Made by a program: the position numbers and the translations under genes. From Pirellulales bacterium (GTDB lineage Bacteria > Planctomycetota > Planctomycetia > Pirellulales > PALSA-1355), in NCBI GenBank assembly GCA_041750795.1, contig JBGSYQ010000147.1, positions 1 to 52,761 of the forward strand: 52,761 bases of DNA, read 5' to 3'. This document shows positions 9,801-18,178 of the stretch, in pieces; the stretch's first letter is position 1, and every line of letters starts with the position of its first letter. The notes below the pieces were generated by a model that searched no databases, was not told the origin of the DNA, and saw nothing but the letters and a program-made list of their open reading frames with translations.

Positions 9801-10545
9801 AGGTGGAACGGCAAGCCTCAACGATGCCAATCAACTTGCAATCACCGATACGACCGCCGAAGTACACGCAGCCCGCCTCGAAGAGCTGAACACGATGAGG
9901 CAGATGGTTGACGAGCACTGCCACAAATCATCCTCGGTTGCGGTTGCGCAGCTGCCACCGGAGAAGCGCGATTTATACACACAGGCGTTGGGCATCCACA
10001 ATCTCGAAGCGATTAGTGTCGCCAACGACCATCAGGCTCTGCTATGGAGTGACGATGTTCTAGTGGGCTTCGTTGCGGAAACAGACTTCGGAGTAACGAA
10101 CTGTTGGACACAGCTTGCTTTGCGCTGTCTCATGAAGTGGGGCGGCGCGATGACGATCGAAGAATTCAACCTTGTGACTGCCAAGCTGGCCGCTTCGGAT
10201 TACCAAAACATCATTTGGAATCCCGAAACAATCATTGCAGCTGGAATGGAGGTAGGGTGGGAGACCACTGCTTGGCCCTTTTCTAAATGCATTGGCCTAA
10301 TCGGAAAGCCGCATCTACACATATCTGCGAAGTTGCGCATCGTAGTTGAGCTTTTGCAGCGGCTTCGTCGGTCAAGCTGTAGTGACCTGAAGCAAAGCGC
10401 AGTGATCCAGGCGACTCTGAACGCCCTTGCGGATCCACGTGCAGTCCGTTGGTTGCTGCGCCGAGTCGACGACCTGTTCGGTGTCGACGTGCCATCCGCC
10501 AACTTCGTGCGGTTCGAATTGCAATTCTGGTTGCGGCTTCACTAG
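6817..10545 (+). CDS. Restriction-endonuclease-like nuclease + TPR + GreA/GreB-C + PIN fusion protein (putative antiviral/conflict protein)
   Basis: N-terminal FEQLC...RGEKQDGIDI...AVQCK (PD-(D/E)XK); long helical repeats; SELGQLLLGRKVGDAIEL (GreA/B C-terminal); C-terminal IVLSISS...LLWSDD (PIN-like). Confidence 0.75.
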   Translation: MGFRYPQPDNEVGFEQLCLRLYRKVWNNESLKLYAKRGEKQDGIDIFDPLSIKPVRAVQCKHHEPTKTIPPSEIKAEVAKAEKSHFHIEHYVIATTARKSREAQDAIAELNLRADKQFTADIEFWEEICQHADELGRLMAELVIYGENVLAGASTATQGGATSPVFASHAQEPSEGNDPYTLIERLLDERRLDVARHELGKLPAFESLPTDQQYKLLRLRAKLALENGEFEQASELFLQAYTVSPHLDQAKQNRVLAYSLRSEPEKAYEHAKQYVAEGLATPIMILRLIENVTSKEQLEEHESLIRALVVTDAGINTALAYKHIRFNDYDVAYEAAQRALSMESDSPQAQLAIAMALHSLAMHSDPKNRIERLRLALAHYDTAAQAAHDQHLTTILPELFVNRAAAKALLGDDSGATADYRASIDSATTPAIYVARAVSYFLQALDFDSASALTGSLDRTTYEGQYLALVAEYHSADTTAKRRHIQEMATLAEQDWDRAVECRFQCVQWALDLKEYDLAESYVTEAFQRAHPFQAHTMLAWTYLESRDQERAKAEALKALDESIRAAHSQELRLLAVILVKLKDDANAVGLLEQVATPGVLDDDMRALLDCAQRLGRHDLLLRLCSELRAAGVNDERLQKLELQLLSEYAPNDALALVDEFIRSGGSPAYCVAARNVLAVRLKQTERMNLDASALPTAAQLSPREANMILLPYVTAGMYDEALQFLYAQRRIYFEDEDAHGRYLFFFLRHEPKLELRDPPATVANNCAVLLQSTTGDRRWVTLEDEQPLASRGEFASTSELGQLLLGRKVGDAIELPGNVVQVETASIREIQTKYVRAFQDTFENFRRRFPGTSVLQRVQLGDAENFDPSPLIESLKSRRAHIEECIQLYSENPCSLYLFANSIGINELEAIKVLGQHPQGRVKSCQTTPHDFEQALDKAVTPPAIVLSISSIVTITLLNAWRYLESTTQHLVSQLTSELIDEWIHEITDNHAEKGGTASLNDANQLAITDTTAEVHAARLEELNTMRQMVDEHCHKSSSVAVAQLPPEKRDLYTQALGIHNLEAISVANDHQALLWSDDVLVGFVAETDFGVTNCWTQLALRCLMKWGGAMTIEEFNLVTAKLAASDYQNIIWNPETIIAAGMEVGWETTAWPFSKCIGLIGKPHLHISAKLRIVVELLQRLRRSSCSDLKQSAVIQATLNALADPRAVRWLLRRVDDLFGVDVPSANFVRFELQFWLRLH

Positions 10546-10647
10546 TTGGCGTCGGCGAACCGGAGCCTCGTTGCGACAGATTGATTGTGATCGTGTGAGC
10601 GATAGAGTGACCCATGCGCCGATGGTGTATGTGCTATTCTTCCGGTC

Positions 10648-12921
10648 GTGCTCCTCCGGCTCCGCACTCCGGCAACAAACGATCGCGGCCCGCTCTACGC
10701 GGAAAACGCCTTTGCGGCTCTCCATCAGGCCAACGTCCGGCGGTTACCGCTGCGTTTGATGTTCGGAATCCACGAGGATGGTGTGGGGCTGTTCGTCGCA
10801 GGCCAGAATGTCTTGCGACCACTCATCCAAGAGCAGTTCTACGCGAACTATCCCGATTGCACGTTAGACCCGCTGTCGGCCGGCGCTCTCGACTGTCCCC
10901 GGGACTGTGAATCCTGGAGCATCGATCTGATGCTCACGCCCGATCTGTTTCCGTGCCGACGCTACGGGCAATTCGAGGATGCCTTGAATCGGGTAACTGC
11001 GGATCCGCTCATGGGCATTCTTACGACACTCGATCATTTACAACGTGAAAGGTTCACCGGTCAGCTAGAGCTTGTGGTGCGTCCGGCCGATTACAGAAGG
11101 CCGGCACAAGCGAGACGCACGCTTCGCCGACTCGATCATCCGTTCTTTCGATCCAAGCCCCGGCTCGCGGAGTTCTATGCCAAGGCAGCTCTTTCGCCGA
11201 GGCTCTGGCGACGACTGGCAGCTCGGGTGCTTTCGATTCCCGCCCGGAGGGCGACCGATCAGGCGTCACGCAGCATGCTCAGTGTCTCGGGATCTAGACT
11301 CCACGAAAGAGAGGAGGACCTGCAATCGGCGTCCGATAAGTTGGGGCGGCAACTGTTCGAGGCCCGGCTCCGGGTGTCGCTTGCGGCGCCGGTGGCAGAG
11401 CGGGACCAGGTGCGAGAGCGGCTGCAGCAGCTGGCCGGAAGTCTCGGGCATTTCAACTCGCCGCGGACCGGATCCTTTCAGATCGGAAAACCGCATCAAT
11501 CGCGTCGGCTCGGACCCGTATTTCTGCTGTCGTGCGAGGAAGTGGCGACCCTGTTCCATCCGCCGAACGATACCGTTCGCGTTCCACGCCTGGCCCAGGT
11601 GGAGAGTCGCGAGTTTGCACCACCGAAGGGACTGGCCGCCCGGAGCGATCGACCGGATCACGTGTCCTTCGCCCGCACGCAGTTCCGCTCGCAACGCGAG
11701 CCAGTCAGCCTGGCCGTCGACGATCGCCGCCGGCACCTCGCCATCGTCGGGAAGACCGGCACCGGAAAAACGACCTTACTTCAGAATCTGCTCGTGGCGG
11801 ACATCCAGAACGGCGAAGGCGTGTGCATTGTCGATCCGCACGGTGACCTAGCCGATTCGCTCTTGGAGTTGATTCCCCGCAGCCGAACGAATGATGTCGT
11901 GCTCTTCGACGTCGGCGACGCGTCACATCCGCTCTCCTTCAATCTGCTCGCTTGTGCCGATCCGGCGCAACGGCCGCTCGTCGCCTCGGGCCTGGTGTCA
12001 TCGTTTAAGAAGATTTACGGCACGATGTGGGGACCGCGGCTGGAGCATATTTTGCGAAATGCGCTCCTGGCACTCCTTGAAGTCCCCGGCTCATCGCTCG
12101 TGCAAATCCTGCCGCTGCTCGGTGACGACGACTATCGGGACGGCGTGATGAAGTACGTGAGCGATCCGGCCGTGCGTCGCTTCTGGGAACGAGAGTTTGC
12201 CGAGATGCCGACGCGGCTCCGCGGCGAAGCTATTTCCCCGGTGCTCAACAAAATTGGGCACTTCATCAGCAGCCCGGTTCTGAGAAACATCGTCGGACAA
12301 TCAGCCAGCACGCTCGACCTCCGACAGACGATGGATGCAGGGAAGATCCTGATCGTGAACCTCTCGAAAGGAAAGGTCGGCAGCGACGCCAGCGAGCTGC
12401 TCGGATCCCTGCTGGTCACGGCGATCCAACTCGCGGCGATGAGTCGAGCGGATACGACGGAAGAGAATCGACGGGATTTCTTCGCCTATATCGATGAGTT
12501 CAGTTCGTTCACAACCGACGCCTTTTCATCGGCGTTCTCTGAGGCACGAAAGTATCGCCTCTCCCTCACCGTAGCGACGCAGTTCCTGGATCAGCTCGAT
12601 GAGCTGACGCGAGCCAGCCTGTTCGGCAACGTCGGAACAACCGTTGCGTTTCAGCTATCGCAGCACGATGCAGAGATCATGGCGAACGAGTTCGGCGGCG
12701 GTCTGCTCCCCTCGGATCTGCTCGCTCTCCCTAAGTATCAAGCGTACGTGCGCATGCTCGCGGATGGCGTGCCGAGTGCACCGTTCTCGGTACGAACGTT
12801 GCCGCCCGCGAAACGTCGCGGCGATGAGCAATCCCCTGACACACTTCGGCGAACGTCTCACCATCGCTACACGAAGCCGGCACGGCAAGTCGATCGGCAC
12901 CTGGCCGCGGCTCTCGCATAA
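10648..12921 (+). CDS. Type IV coupling-protein-like / HerA-FtsK superfamily ATPase (TraD/TrwB-like)
   Basis: RRRHLAIVGKTGTGKTT Walker A, IVDPHGD, FFAYIDEF Walker B, EARKYRLSLTVATQFLDQL. Confidence 0.85.
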   Translation: MLLRLRTPATNDRGPLYAENAFAALHQANVRRLPLRLMFGIHEDGVGLFVAGQNVLRPLIQEQFYANYPDCTLDPLSAGALDCPRDCESWSIDLMLTPDLFPCRRYGQFEDALNRVTADPLMGILTTLDHLQRERFTGQLELVVRPADYRRPAQARRTLRRLDHPFFRSKPRLAEFYAKAALSPRLWRRLAARVLSIPARRATDQASRSMLSVSGSRLHEREEDLQSASDKLGRQLFEARLRVSLAAPVAERDQVRERLQQLAGSLGHFNSPRTGSFQIGKPHQSRRLGPVFLLSCEEVATLFHPPNDTVRVPRLAQVESREFAPPKGLAARSDRPDHVSFARTQFRSQREPVSLAVDDRRRHLAIVGKTGTGKTTLLQNLLVADIQNGEGVCIVDPHGDLADSLLELIPRSRTNDVVLFDVGDASHPLSFNLLACADPAQRPLVASGLVSSFKKIYGTMWGPRLEHILRNALLALLEVPGSSLVQILPLLGDDDYRDGVMKYVSDPAVRRFWEREFAEMPTRLRGEAISPVLNKIGHFISSPVLRNIVGQSASTLDLRQTMDAGKILIVNLSKGKVGSDASELLGSLLVTAIQLAAMSRADTTEENRRDFFAYIDEFSSFTTDAFSSAFSEARKYRLSLTVATQFLDQLDELTRASLFGNVGTTVAFQLSQHDAEIMANEFGGGLLPSDLLALPKYQAYVRMLADGVPSAPFSVRTLPPAKRRGDEQSPDTLRRTSHHRYTKPARQVDRHLAAALA

Positions 12922-12947
12922 GGGGCACTGTTTTCGGAACTCCCGAA

Positions 12948-13814
12948 TCAGTTGGAGTGTCGCGGCAATTCCGTCTTGGACGGCACAGGAAACTCCGTTG
13001 CACCGCTGCCAGGAAACAGATGCAGGTGAAAAATGCGTTCATACTTCATTGGATGACTTTGCAGATAGAAGCCAATGGCGTTATCGAGTTCGTTCCGACA
13101 GGAATCCAGCGCGTGGTGGTTACTCCACAGAACGAGCCACGTCGGCTCCGCCAAGTCGTGACGTCCATTCCGCGATAATCGTGATTCGACGATCGCAGGA
13201 CAGTCATCTTCGGGAATCAACATGGTGCTTTGGGCGCCGAACACAATCAGCGGCTCGCGCTGATCGCCGAGCCGCGGGTCTCCGGTCAGGTCTTCCTTGA
13301 AAACGCTGATTCGTGACACGACATCCTGAACCGACTCGGGTACGGCAACACTTTGTGTGTCGGGATCATGGCTTGCAAAGAACCCATTGAGTGCATCAGC
13401 AAGGCACTCGTGGATCCGCCCCGGGCGGATCTTGGTTGCGTAGTCATTGGCAAGAAAAATAGTTACCACAAAGCCGGTGGTGTGATCACCGAGCGTGAGC
13501 CCCGCGAGAATGTCCCCCCGCAGTTTGCGAAGAATGGCGTCTTTTTCAAAGCGATTCTCGGGGACAAGCTCAGAGAGCTCCATGGCCCGCGGGTGGCCGT
13601 TGTATATGAATGTCACATCCGGAGGATCCGTCGCGCACGACAGCACGTCAGAGAATGCCGTGCGCTCGCGTTGACACAGATGGGTAAGGAAGAAACTCGC
13701 GATCGAACATTCGAGCAGCCGCTTGTCATGACGGGGAAGCGGCGTGCCTGGCACGAACCGCATTGTTCCTGCCAACGCGGCCAGATCGACCGAGATGATG
13801 GCTTTCTTCGTCAT
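12948..13814 (-). CDS. Hypothetical protein with a putative restriction-endonuclease fold
   Basis: E...F...DPPDVTF...AMELSEL resembles the PD-(D/E)xK core. Convergent with the ATPase gene. Confidence 0.5.
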   Translation of the reverse strand: MTKKAIISVDLAALAGTMRFVPGTPLPRHDKRLLECSIASFFLTHLCQRERTAFSDVLSCATDPPDVTFIYNGHPRAMELSELVPENRFEKDAILRKLRGDILAGLTLGDHTTGFVVTIFLANDYATKIRPGRIHECLADALNGFFASHDPDTQSVAVPESVQDVVSRISVFKEDLTGDPRLGDQREPLIVFGAQSTMLIPEDDCPAIVESRLSRNGRHDLAEPTWLVLWSNHHALDSCRNELDNAIGFYLQSHPMKYERIFHLHLFPGSGATEFPVPSKTELPRHSN

Positions 13815-13998
13815 ACACTTCAGTCCCAACGTTCGAATATCACTGTCCGGCAGGCACATCGATATGAGCGCAGCTCCTCGACCATCATTGAATCATCAAC
13901 GGTGGATTCCAAATTATTCCGGCCGCGGCGCCAGCAGTCCAGCGGACAAATCCGAGCCCCCTTGCCAAGTTGCGTCTGCTTCGGCATCATCGCCCCTT

Positions 13999-14373
13999 AT
14001 GTCCGGTGACCACATCGAAGGCAATCAGGCAGCACAGCTGCTCGAAGCCCTTGGGCAGCTTAAAAGCATCGTCGAGGAACAGCTTGCAGCAATTCACGAT
14101 CGGCTTGAGCACGTCACCGAAGTTGTGCGGGAAGCCGTCGAAGAGCTTGGCGTCATCCGCGACATCGAGGACGAGAAACGTGAAGATATTCAGTGGGCTG
14201 TCCGAAATGGACAGCCGATTTTCCATCTGACGAGTATGCCAAGTGACCCCGCCGATCCGCACTGGGCACAGCATCTCAATAAGCTGAAGCCGGCGGACGT
14301 GCCCGACAAGCCCGATCGTCCGACGACGACTCGCTATCAGGGAAGTCTCTGGTCCGACGACGAACCAAAATAG
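13999..14373 (+). CDS. Hypothetical coiled-coil protein
   Basis: 124 aa from the ATG at 13999; heptad-rich N-terminus. Confidence 0.55.
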   Translation: MSGDHIEGNQAAQLLEALGQLKSIVEEQLAAIHDRLEHVTEVVREAVEELGVIRDIEDEKREDIQWAVRNGQPIFHLTSMPSDPADPHWAQHLNKLKPADVPDKPDRPTTTRYQGSLWSDDEPK

Positions 14374-14474
14374 CTTGTCGACAGCGCTCATCAGGTTTAT
14401 TCTCCTCGACCTTGCCCATTCGGGCAGGGAACCGCAGCGCTCTGCTTGCTCATTTCCTTCAACGGAGGACAGAC

Positions 14475-14714
14475 ATGGATCCTGACGAAACCTTGCGTAC
14501 GTTATTGGAGGCGCTCAAAGAGCTCCGCTGGAACGACGTGGATACCTGCGCAACAGACCTCTTGCGGTGGCTCCGCGCGGGCGGCTTTCCGCCACAAACG
14601 CTCGGTGACAAGGCTCTGGGCAACGAGTGGCACCGAACCGTGACAGAGTTCGTTTGTTACAAGGTGCTTTCCTATGACCGACGAGCCCGGAGCATGACCG
14701 GGGGTGCCCAATGA
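14475..14714 (+). CDS. Hypothetical protein
   Basis: GGAGG RBS; MDPDETL...WLRAGGFPP; stop overlaps the next ATG. Confidence 0.65.
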   Translation: MDPDETLRTLLEALKELRWNDVDTCATDLLRWLRAGGFPPQTLGDKALGNEWHRTVTEFVCYKVLSYDRRARSMTGGAQ

Positions 14715-15079
14715 TGCACACATTGCGAACTTGGTGCATTTTCCCGATTGCGACGCCGGAAGACCTGGCCCACAAACTTGCCGAGTCGACGTGGTGCCTT
14801 TGCACCGCCTTCGAGATCGGCGACTATCTGTTACTCAACGACGCCACATCCGAAGACGGAGCCGCGGAGTATGCCGTGGTAAGAAAGCCGGCCACTGCCG
14901 AGGCTCCCTACATCCAACTCGAAAGCATCACGGCGTCATGGATGACCGAGGAGCGACTGCTCGAATTTATCTCCCGGACGCTCGCCGGCGAAATCGGCCT
15001 GGAAGTCGAGTGGGCCCGTGAAGTCCAACCCAGGCTCGAATCCTCCGAGCAGCACAAACGCTGCCACCTCTGTGCGTGA
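14711..15079 (+). CDS. Hypothetical protein (C-terminal CHLC)
   Basis: ATGA-coupled to the upstream gene and followed by a terminator. Confidence 0.65.
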   Translation: MMHTLRTWCIFPIATPEDLAHKLAESTWCLCTAFEIGDYLLLNDATSEDGAAEYAVVRKPATAEAPYIQLESITASWMTEERLLEFISRTLAGEIGLEVEWAREVQPRLESSEQHKRCHLCA

Positions 15080-15092
15080 CGGATCGCCGTCA

Positions 15093-15127
15093 TTTGAAAC
15101 CCTGTCCTCGCGACAGGGTTTTTCAAA
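15093..15127. terminator. Rho-independent terminator-like hairpin
   Basis: AAACCCTGTC-ctcgc-GACAGGGTTT followed by a T-tract. Confidence 0.7.
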
Positions 15128-15130
15128 AGA

Positions 15131-15194
15131 GCCCTCAAACATTTCTGACTGAGGGCACTGTTCCATCCGTCGACTGGTCGACCTAACCGGCAAT
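15131..15194 (+). repeat. Diverged copy of 17301-17364 (DUF932 terminator and last codons)
   Basis: Ungapped alignment, 52/64 identical by manual count. Confidence 0.85.
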
Positions 15195-15283
15195 CCCCTG
15201 ACACGCTTCGCCGAACGTCTCACCATCGCTACACGAAGCCGGCACGGCAAGTCGATCGACACCTGGCGGAAGCTCTCGCATGA
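15190..15283 (+). repeat. Copy of the last 94 bp of the coupling ATPase gene (12828-12921); gene remnant
   Basis: 87/94 identical by manual count; ends in a stop codon at the same position. Confidence 0.9.
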
Positions 15284-15518
15284 CGATTGACTCTCCGCGT
15301 TTATGGCATCGGTTAGCCAAACGCTTCAAATGTTTCCCCGGGAAACCACGCCACGGATTCGTTGACAAAGTCACGATTTAGGTGCATTGTGCGCTCGATG
15401 CTCTTTCCAGCATCGGCACGATTCACCGAGACAAGCACCCTGCGCGCGTTTCACGCCTAGCGCTTGTCTCACCTTCAAGAGAAGCCCGCTCGTCGACGGT
15501 TTGGACGGCTTCAGTTCG

Positions 15519-16280
15519 CTATCGTTTTCCGACGATCACGGCCAAACCATTTCCCATGCCAAATGCGACGGTGCCAACCGGCAGGACACGACTGTCTTTA
15601 ATCACGAAGTGTCGAGAAATCTCTGTCACCATGTCACGGCAATTGAAGCCGATATGGGAATAGATATAACGGCAGCCACTCAATGATGCACTTGGCTCTC
15701 TTGGGATTGGCAGCCCAAGGAGCGCTCGTGCCGTTCGGGATAGTGACGCATATTTATCGCGTTGAGTCGCCAAGCGATAGCAATTCTTGACCAGCGACAT
15801 CATTCCATGCTCGATCGGGAATGTAAAAAGACAGAGGCCTCCGGCCGCGAGGAGTGCATCGATGTTCCTGAGTGCAGTCGCCAGTTCTTGCGGCGGCAAA
15901 TGCTCGACTGTCTCTAGACATGCGATCCGCTCAAATTGCCCAGATACCCTGCCGAGGCTATGGACAACCCGAACATTTTTGTCGCCCGCAAGCCGACGCT
16001 CAGCTTGGCTGTACAATTCCTCGGCAGGATCAAAGGCTAAGATGTCGCTGGTCGGACTCGTCCGACTGATGCGGTGTGCCAGCTCCCCGTCGCCGCAGCC
16101 ATAGTCAAGAACGCGATCATGCGGCTGAACGCGAAGCAACTTCAACGAGGTCGCAAAACGCGCTTCATGCAGCCAACGCTTGAGCGGGTTTCGACTGCCG
16201 ACGGTGTGCCGAGCGTACTCCACAAACGGACGACATCTTAGCACACTCTGTGCACGTCGATGCAAACGATGGTGCGTCAT
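15519..16280 (-). CDS. Class I SAM-dependent methyltransferase
   Basis: VLDYGCGDG motif I; FERIACLETVEHL; LAAGG. Confidence 0.85.
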   Translation of the reverse strand: MTHHRLHRRAQSVLRCRPFVEYARHTVGSRNPLKRWLHEARFATSLKLLRVQPHDRVLDYGCGDGELAHRISRTSPTSDILAFDPAEELYSQAERRLAGDKNVRVVHSLGRVSGQFERIACLETVEHLPPQELATALRNIDALLAAGGLCLFTFPIEHGMMSLVKNCYRLATQRDKYASLSRTARALLGLPIPREPSASLSGCRYIYSHIGFNCRDMVTEISRHFVIKDSRVLPVGTVAFGMGNGLAVIVGKR

Positions 16281-16309
16281 TCGACACGTTGCTTACAAGA
16301 GCCCCGGGG

Positions 16310-16548
16310 ATCGGCGAACAAATCGTCCGAGAGGACAAGAGCTACCAAGGTGACGCGAGTGCAGCGCGAGCGTGTCGACGACGATCGCCCATTGGCCTCC
16401 GACGGGAGTAGTGTGGGCGTCTATTGCCTCGGGGATGTTCACCGCTTCGCCGACCTCGGTCTCGCGTCCTCTCGGAAGTTCTGAATCGTGCCGCTTGAAG
16501 CTCTTGCAGCTTCTTGCATCTTCGGCCCTCAACGTGAGGGCCTTTTTT
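16310..16548. promoter_or_regulatory. Fold-back element with TTGAAG-N16-CATCTT promoter-like arm and terminator (putative ssDNA promoter, copy 1)
   Basis: TCCGAGAGGAC/GTCCTCTCGGA perfect 11-bp IR; CAAGAGCT/AGCTCTTG; conserved blocks shared with 18249-18310. Confidence 0.5.
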
Positions 16549-16631
16549 ATGCTTTCCGACGATGTTGCTGCGACATGTCTTCACGTCGGGCCGTGCGGCT
16601 TGCGTCCGTCTAGCCTTGGCTGGCTCCTTTG

Positions 16632-16640
16632 TGCTAAAAT
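16632..16640 (+). promoter_or_regulatory. Extended -10 promoter (TGcTAAAAT) for a probably leaderless TA operon
   Basis: The -10 ends 6 nt before the ATG at 16647. Confidence 0.5.
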
Positions 16641-16646
16641 AGGGGT

Positions 16647-16916
16647 ATGACTCCTAAGTTGAGCAACGAACAGCGGCAGGCAATCAACGAGCAGCAGCCC
16701 GGTGAACCGGTCTACGTCGTCGATGCCAACACACAGGAGAAATGGGTGCTCGTTCCGGACGGCACTTATCAGAAAATTCGCGCGTTGCTCGGTGACGACA
16801 CGTTTGACATTCGCGAAACGTATCCGATCCAGGGCAAAGTCGCCGCGGCCGCCGGCTGGGATGATCCGGCCATGGACGACTACAACGACTATGACGCTCA
16901 CCGCAAGAACCAATGA
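16647..16916 (+). CDS. Putative antitoxin
   Basis: 89 aa with acidic C-terminus (GWDDPAMDDYNDYD); ATGA overlap with the toxin gene. Confidence 0.7.
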   Translation: MTPKLSNEQRQAINEQQPGEPVYVVDANTQEKWVLVPDGTYQKIRALLGDDTFDIRETYPIQGKVAAAAGWDDPAMDDYNDYDAHRKNQ

Positions 16917-17272
16917 CGGTCTCACGCGGCGATGTCGTTCTCTTGAACTATCCATTCAGCTCCGACCGTGGAACCAAAGTGCGGCCCGCCTTGGTCGTGC
17001 AGGCCGACAAGAATAACTCTCGGCTGACGAACACAATCGTTGCGATGATTACCCGCACCACGCAGCGGGCCAAGCAGGAGCCGACGCAGTATCTGCTCGA
17101 TCCTGCCACACCGGAAGGCAACGCCGCGGGAGTCCTGCATCTATCCGCAATCACGTGTGAGAACTTGCTGACAGTCGAGCAGCAGCTTCTTTTTCGCAAG
17201 ATTGGTGGCCTGCCGGCCGCATCGATGCAGCAGATCAACGACTGCCTCAAGGCTGCACTTGAGCTCTCGTAG
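16913..17272 (+). CDS. mazF: PemK/MazF-family toxin (endoribonuclease)
   Basis: RGDVVLLNYPFS...KVRPALVVQ...TIVAMIT...IG.L.....QQINDCLKAAL. Confidence 0.9.
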   Translation: MTVSRGDVVLLNYPFSSDRGTKVRPALVVQADKNNSRLTNTIVAMITRTTQRAKQEPTQYLLDPATPEGNAAGVLHLSAITCENLLTVEQQLLFRKIGGLPAASMQQINDCLKAALELS

Positions 17273-17295
17273 GGGCGGATGCCTGGCGTCGTTCT

Positions 17296-17326
17296 AAAAA
17301 GCCCTCAGTCATTGCTGACTGAGGGC
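17296..17326 (-). terminator. Terminator of the DUF932 gene
   Basis: GCCCTCAGTCA-ttgc-TGACTGAGGGC perfect 11-bp stem; T-tract on the minus strand. Confidence 0.8.
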
Positions 17327-17352
17327 GCTGTTCCATCCATGGATCGGCCGAT

Positions 17353-18120
17353 CTAGCCGGCGATTACCGGCGTCGAATCGACGTCGATAACGTCCGGAGG
17401 ACTGAGGAGCCGCTGCAACTGGATCGTTTGCATCGCAGCCTCTTGCGGGGACGACTTCTGGCGATCTTTCAGCACGCCGGTATAGGCGTTCAAAAGGGAC
17501 CACCCAGTCCTTGGCTGAAACTCCACGTGCTCGGGATTCCGCCAGGCAGCGATCACCGCCGGGAGCATCCTCCACGAGACAGTGCCGGTTTCGCACGACT
17601 TGAGCAGCAGCGAATCCGCTTCGAGTGGCGACAGTTCCCAGCTCTGCAGCTGGGCGATCCGTTGCTGCGCCGATACCTGGTACTCATGCAGCCCGACGAC
17701 GGCATTGGACACCGCCTCGTTGAAGCGGTCGGCTCCGAACCTCGTGTGACGCCGAGCGATGACGATCTCCGAGCTGAACGCAAGGTTGTCGCACACGAAC
17801 ACGCGCGAGCCACAGACCAGGCCGATCGGGAAACTCTTATCCGTAGAGTTACGAACTCCCACGGCCAGACAAGCATCATTGCTGAGCTTGTTTTTCAGCG
17901 TCAATGTTCCGAAGAACCTGGCACTGTCGCGTGCAAGCGAGAGTTGCATCGACTCGATGCCGAAACCGGCCGCAGTTAGGGTCTCGGTCACCCGATTGAG
18001 CACCGTCCCGTGCGAGACGGGAAAGTAGGTCGACGTGCTTGGCGGCAGTGGCACTGCATCCAGCTCGTCGAGTGTGACCTCGCGTGCCCCACGGTGGAGC
18101 ACCAGATTGCCTTGGATCAT
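17353..18120 (-). CDS. DUF932-domain protein
   Basis: PVSH...FFG...GVRNSTDKS...G.RVFVCDNLAF...RRHT...WSLLNAYT; strong AAGGAGG RBS. Confidence 0.85.
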   Translation of the reverse strand: MIQGNLVLHRGAREVTLDELDAVPLPPSTSTYFPVSHGTVLNRVTETLTAAGFGIESMQLSLARDSARFFGTLTLKNKLSNDACLAVGVRNSTDKSFPIGLVCGSRVFVCDNLAFSSEIVIARRHTRFGADRFNEAVSNAVVGLHEYQVSAQQRIAQLQSWELSPLEADSLLLKSCETGTVSWRMLPAVIAAWRNPEHVEFQPRTGWSLLNAYTGVLKDRQKSSPQEAAMQTIQLQRLLSPPDVIDVDSTPVIAG

Positions 18121-18178
18121 GACGATCCTCCTTCGGTGTGATGGAACAGCATCCGGCCAAGGAACATCCCTGAAATCC

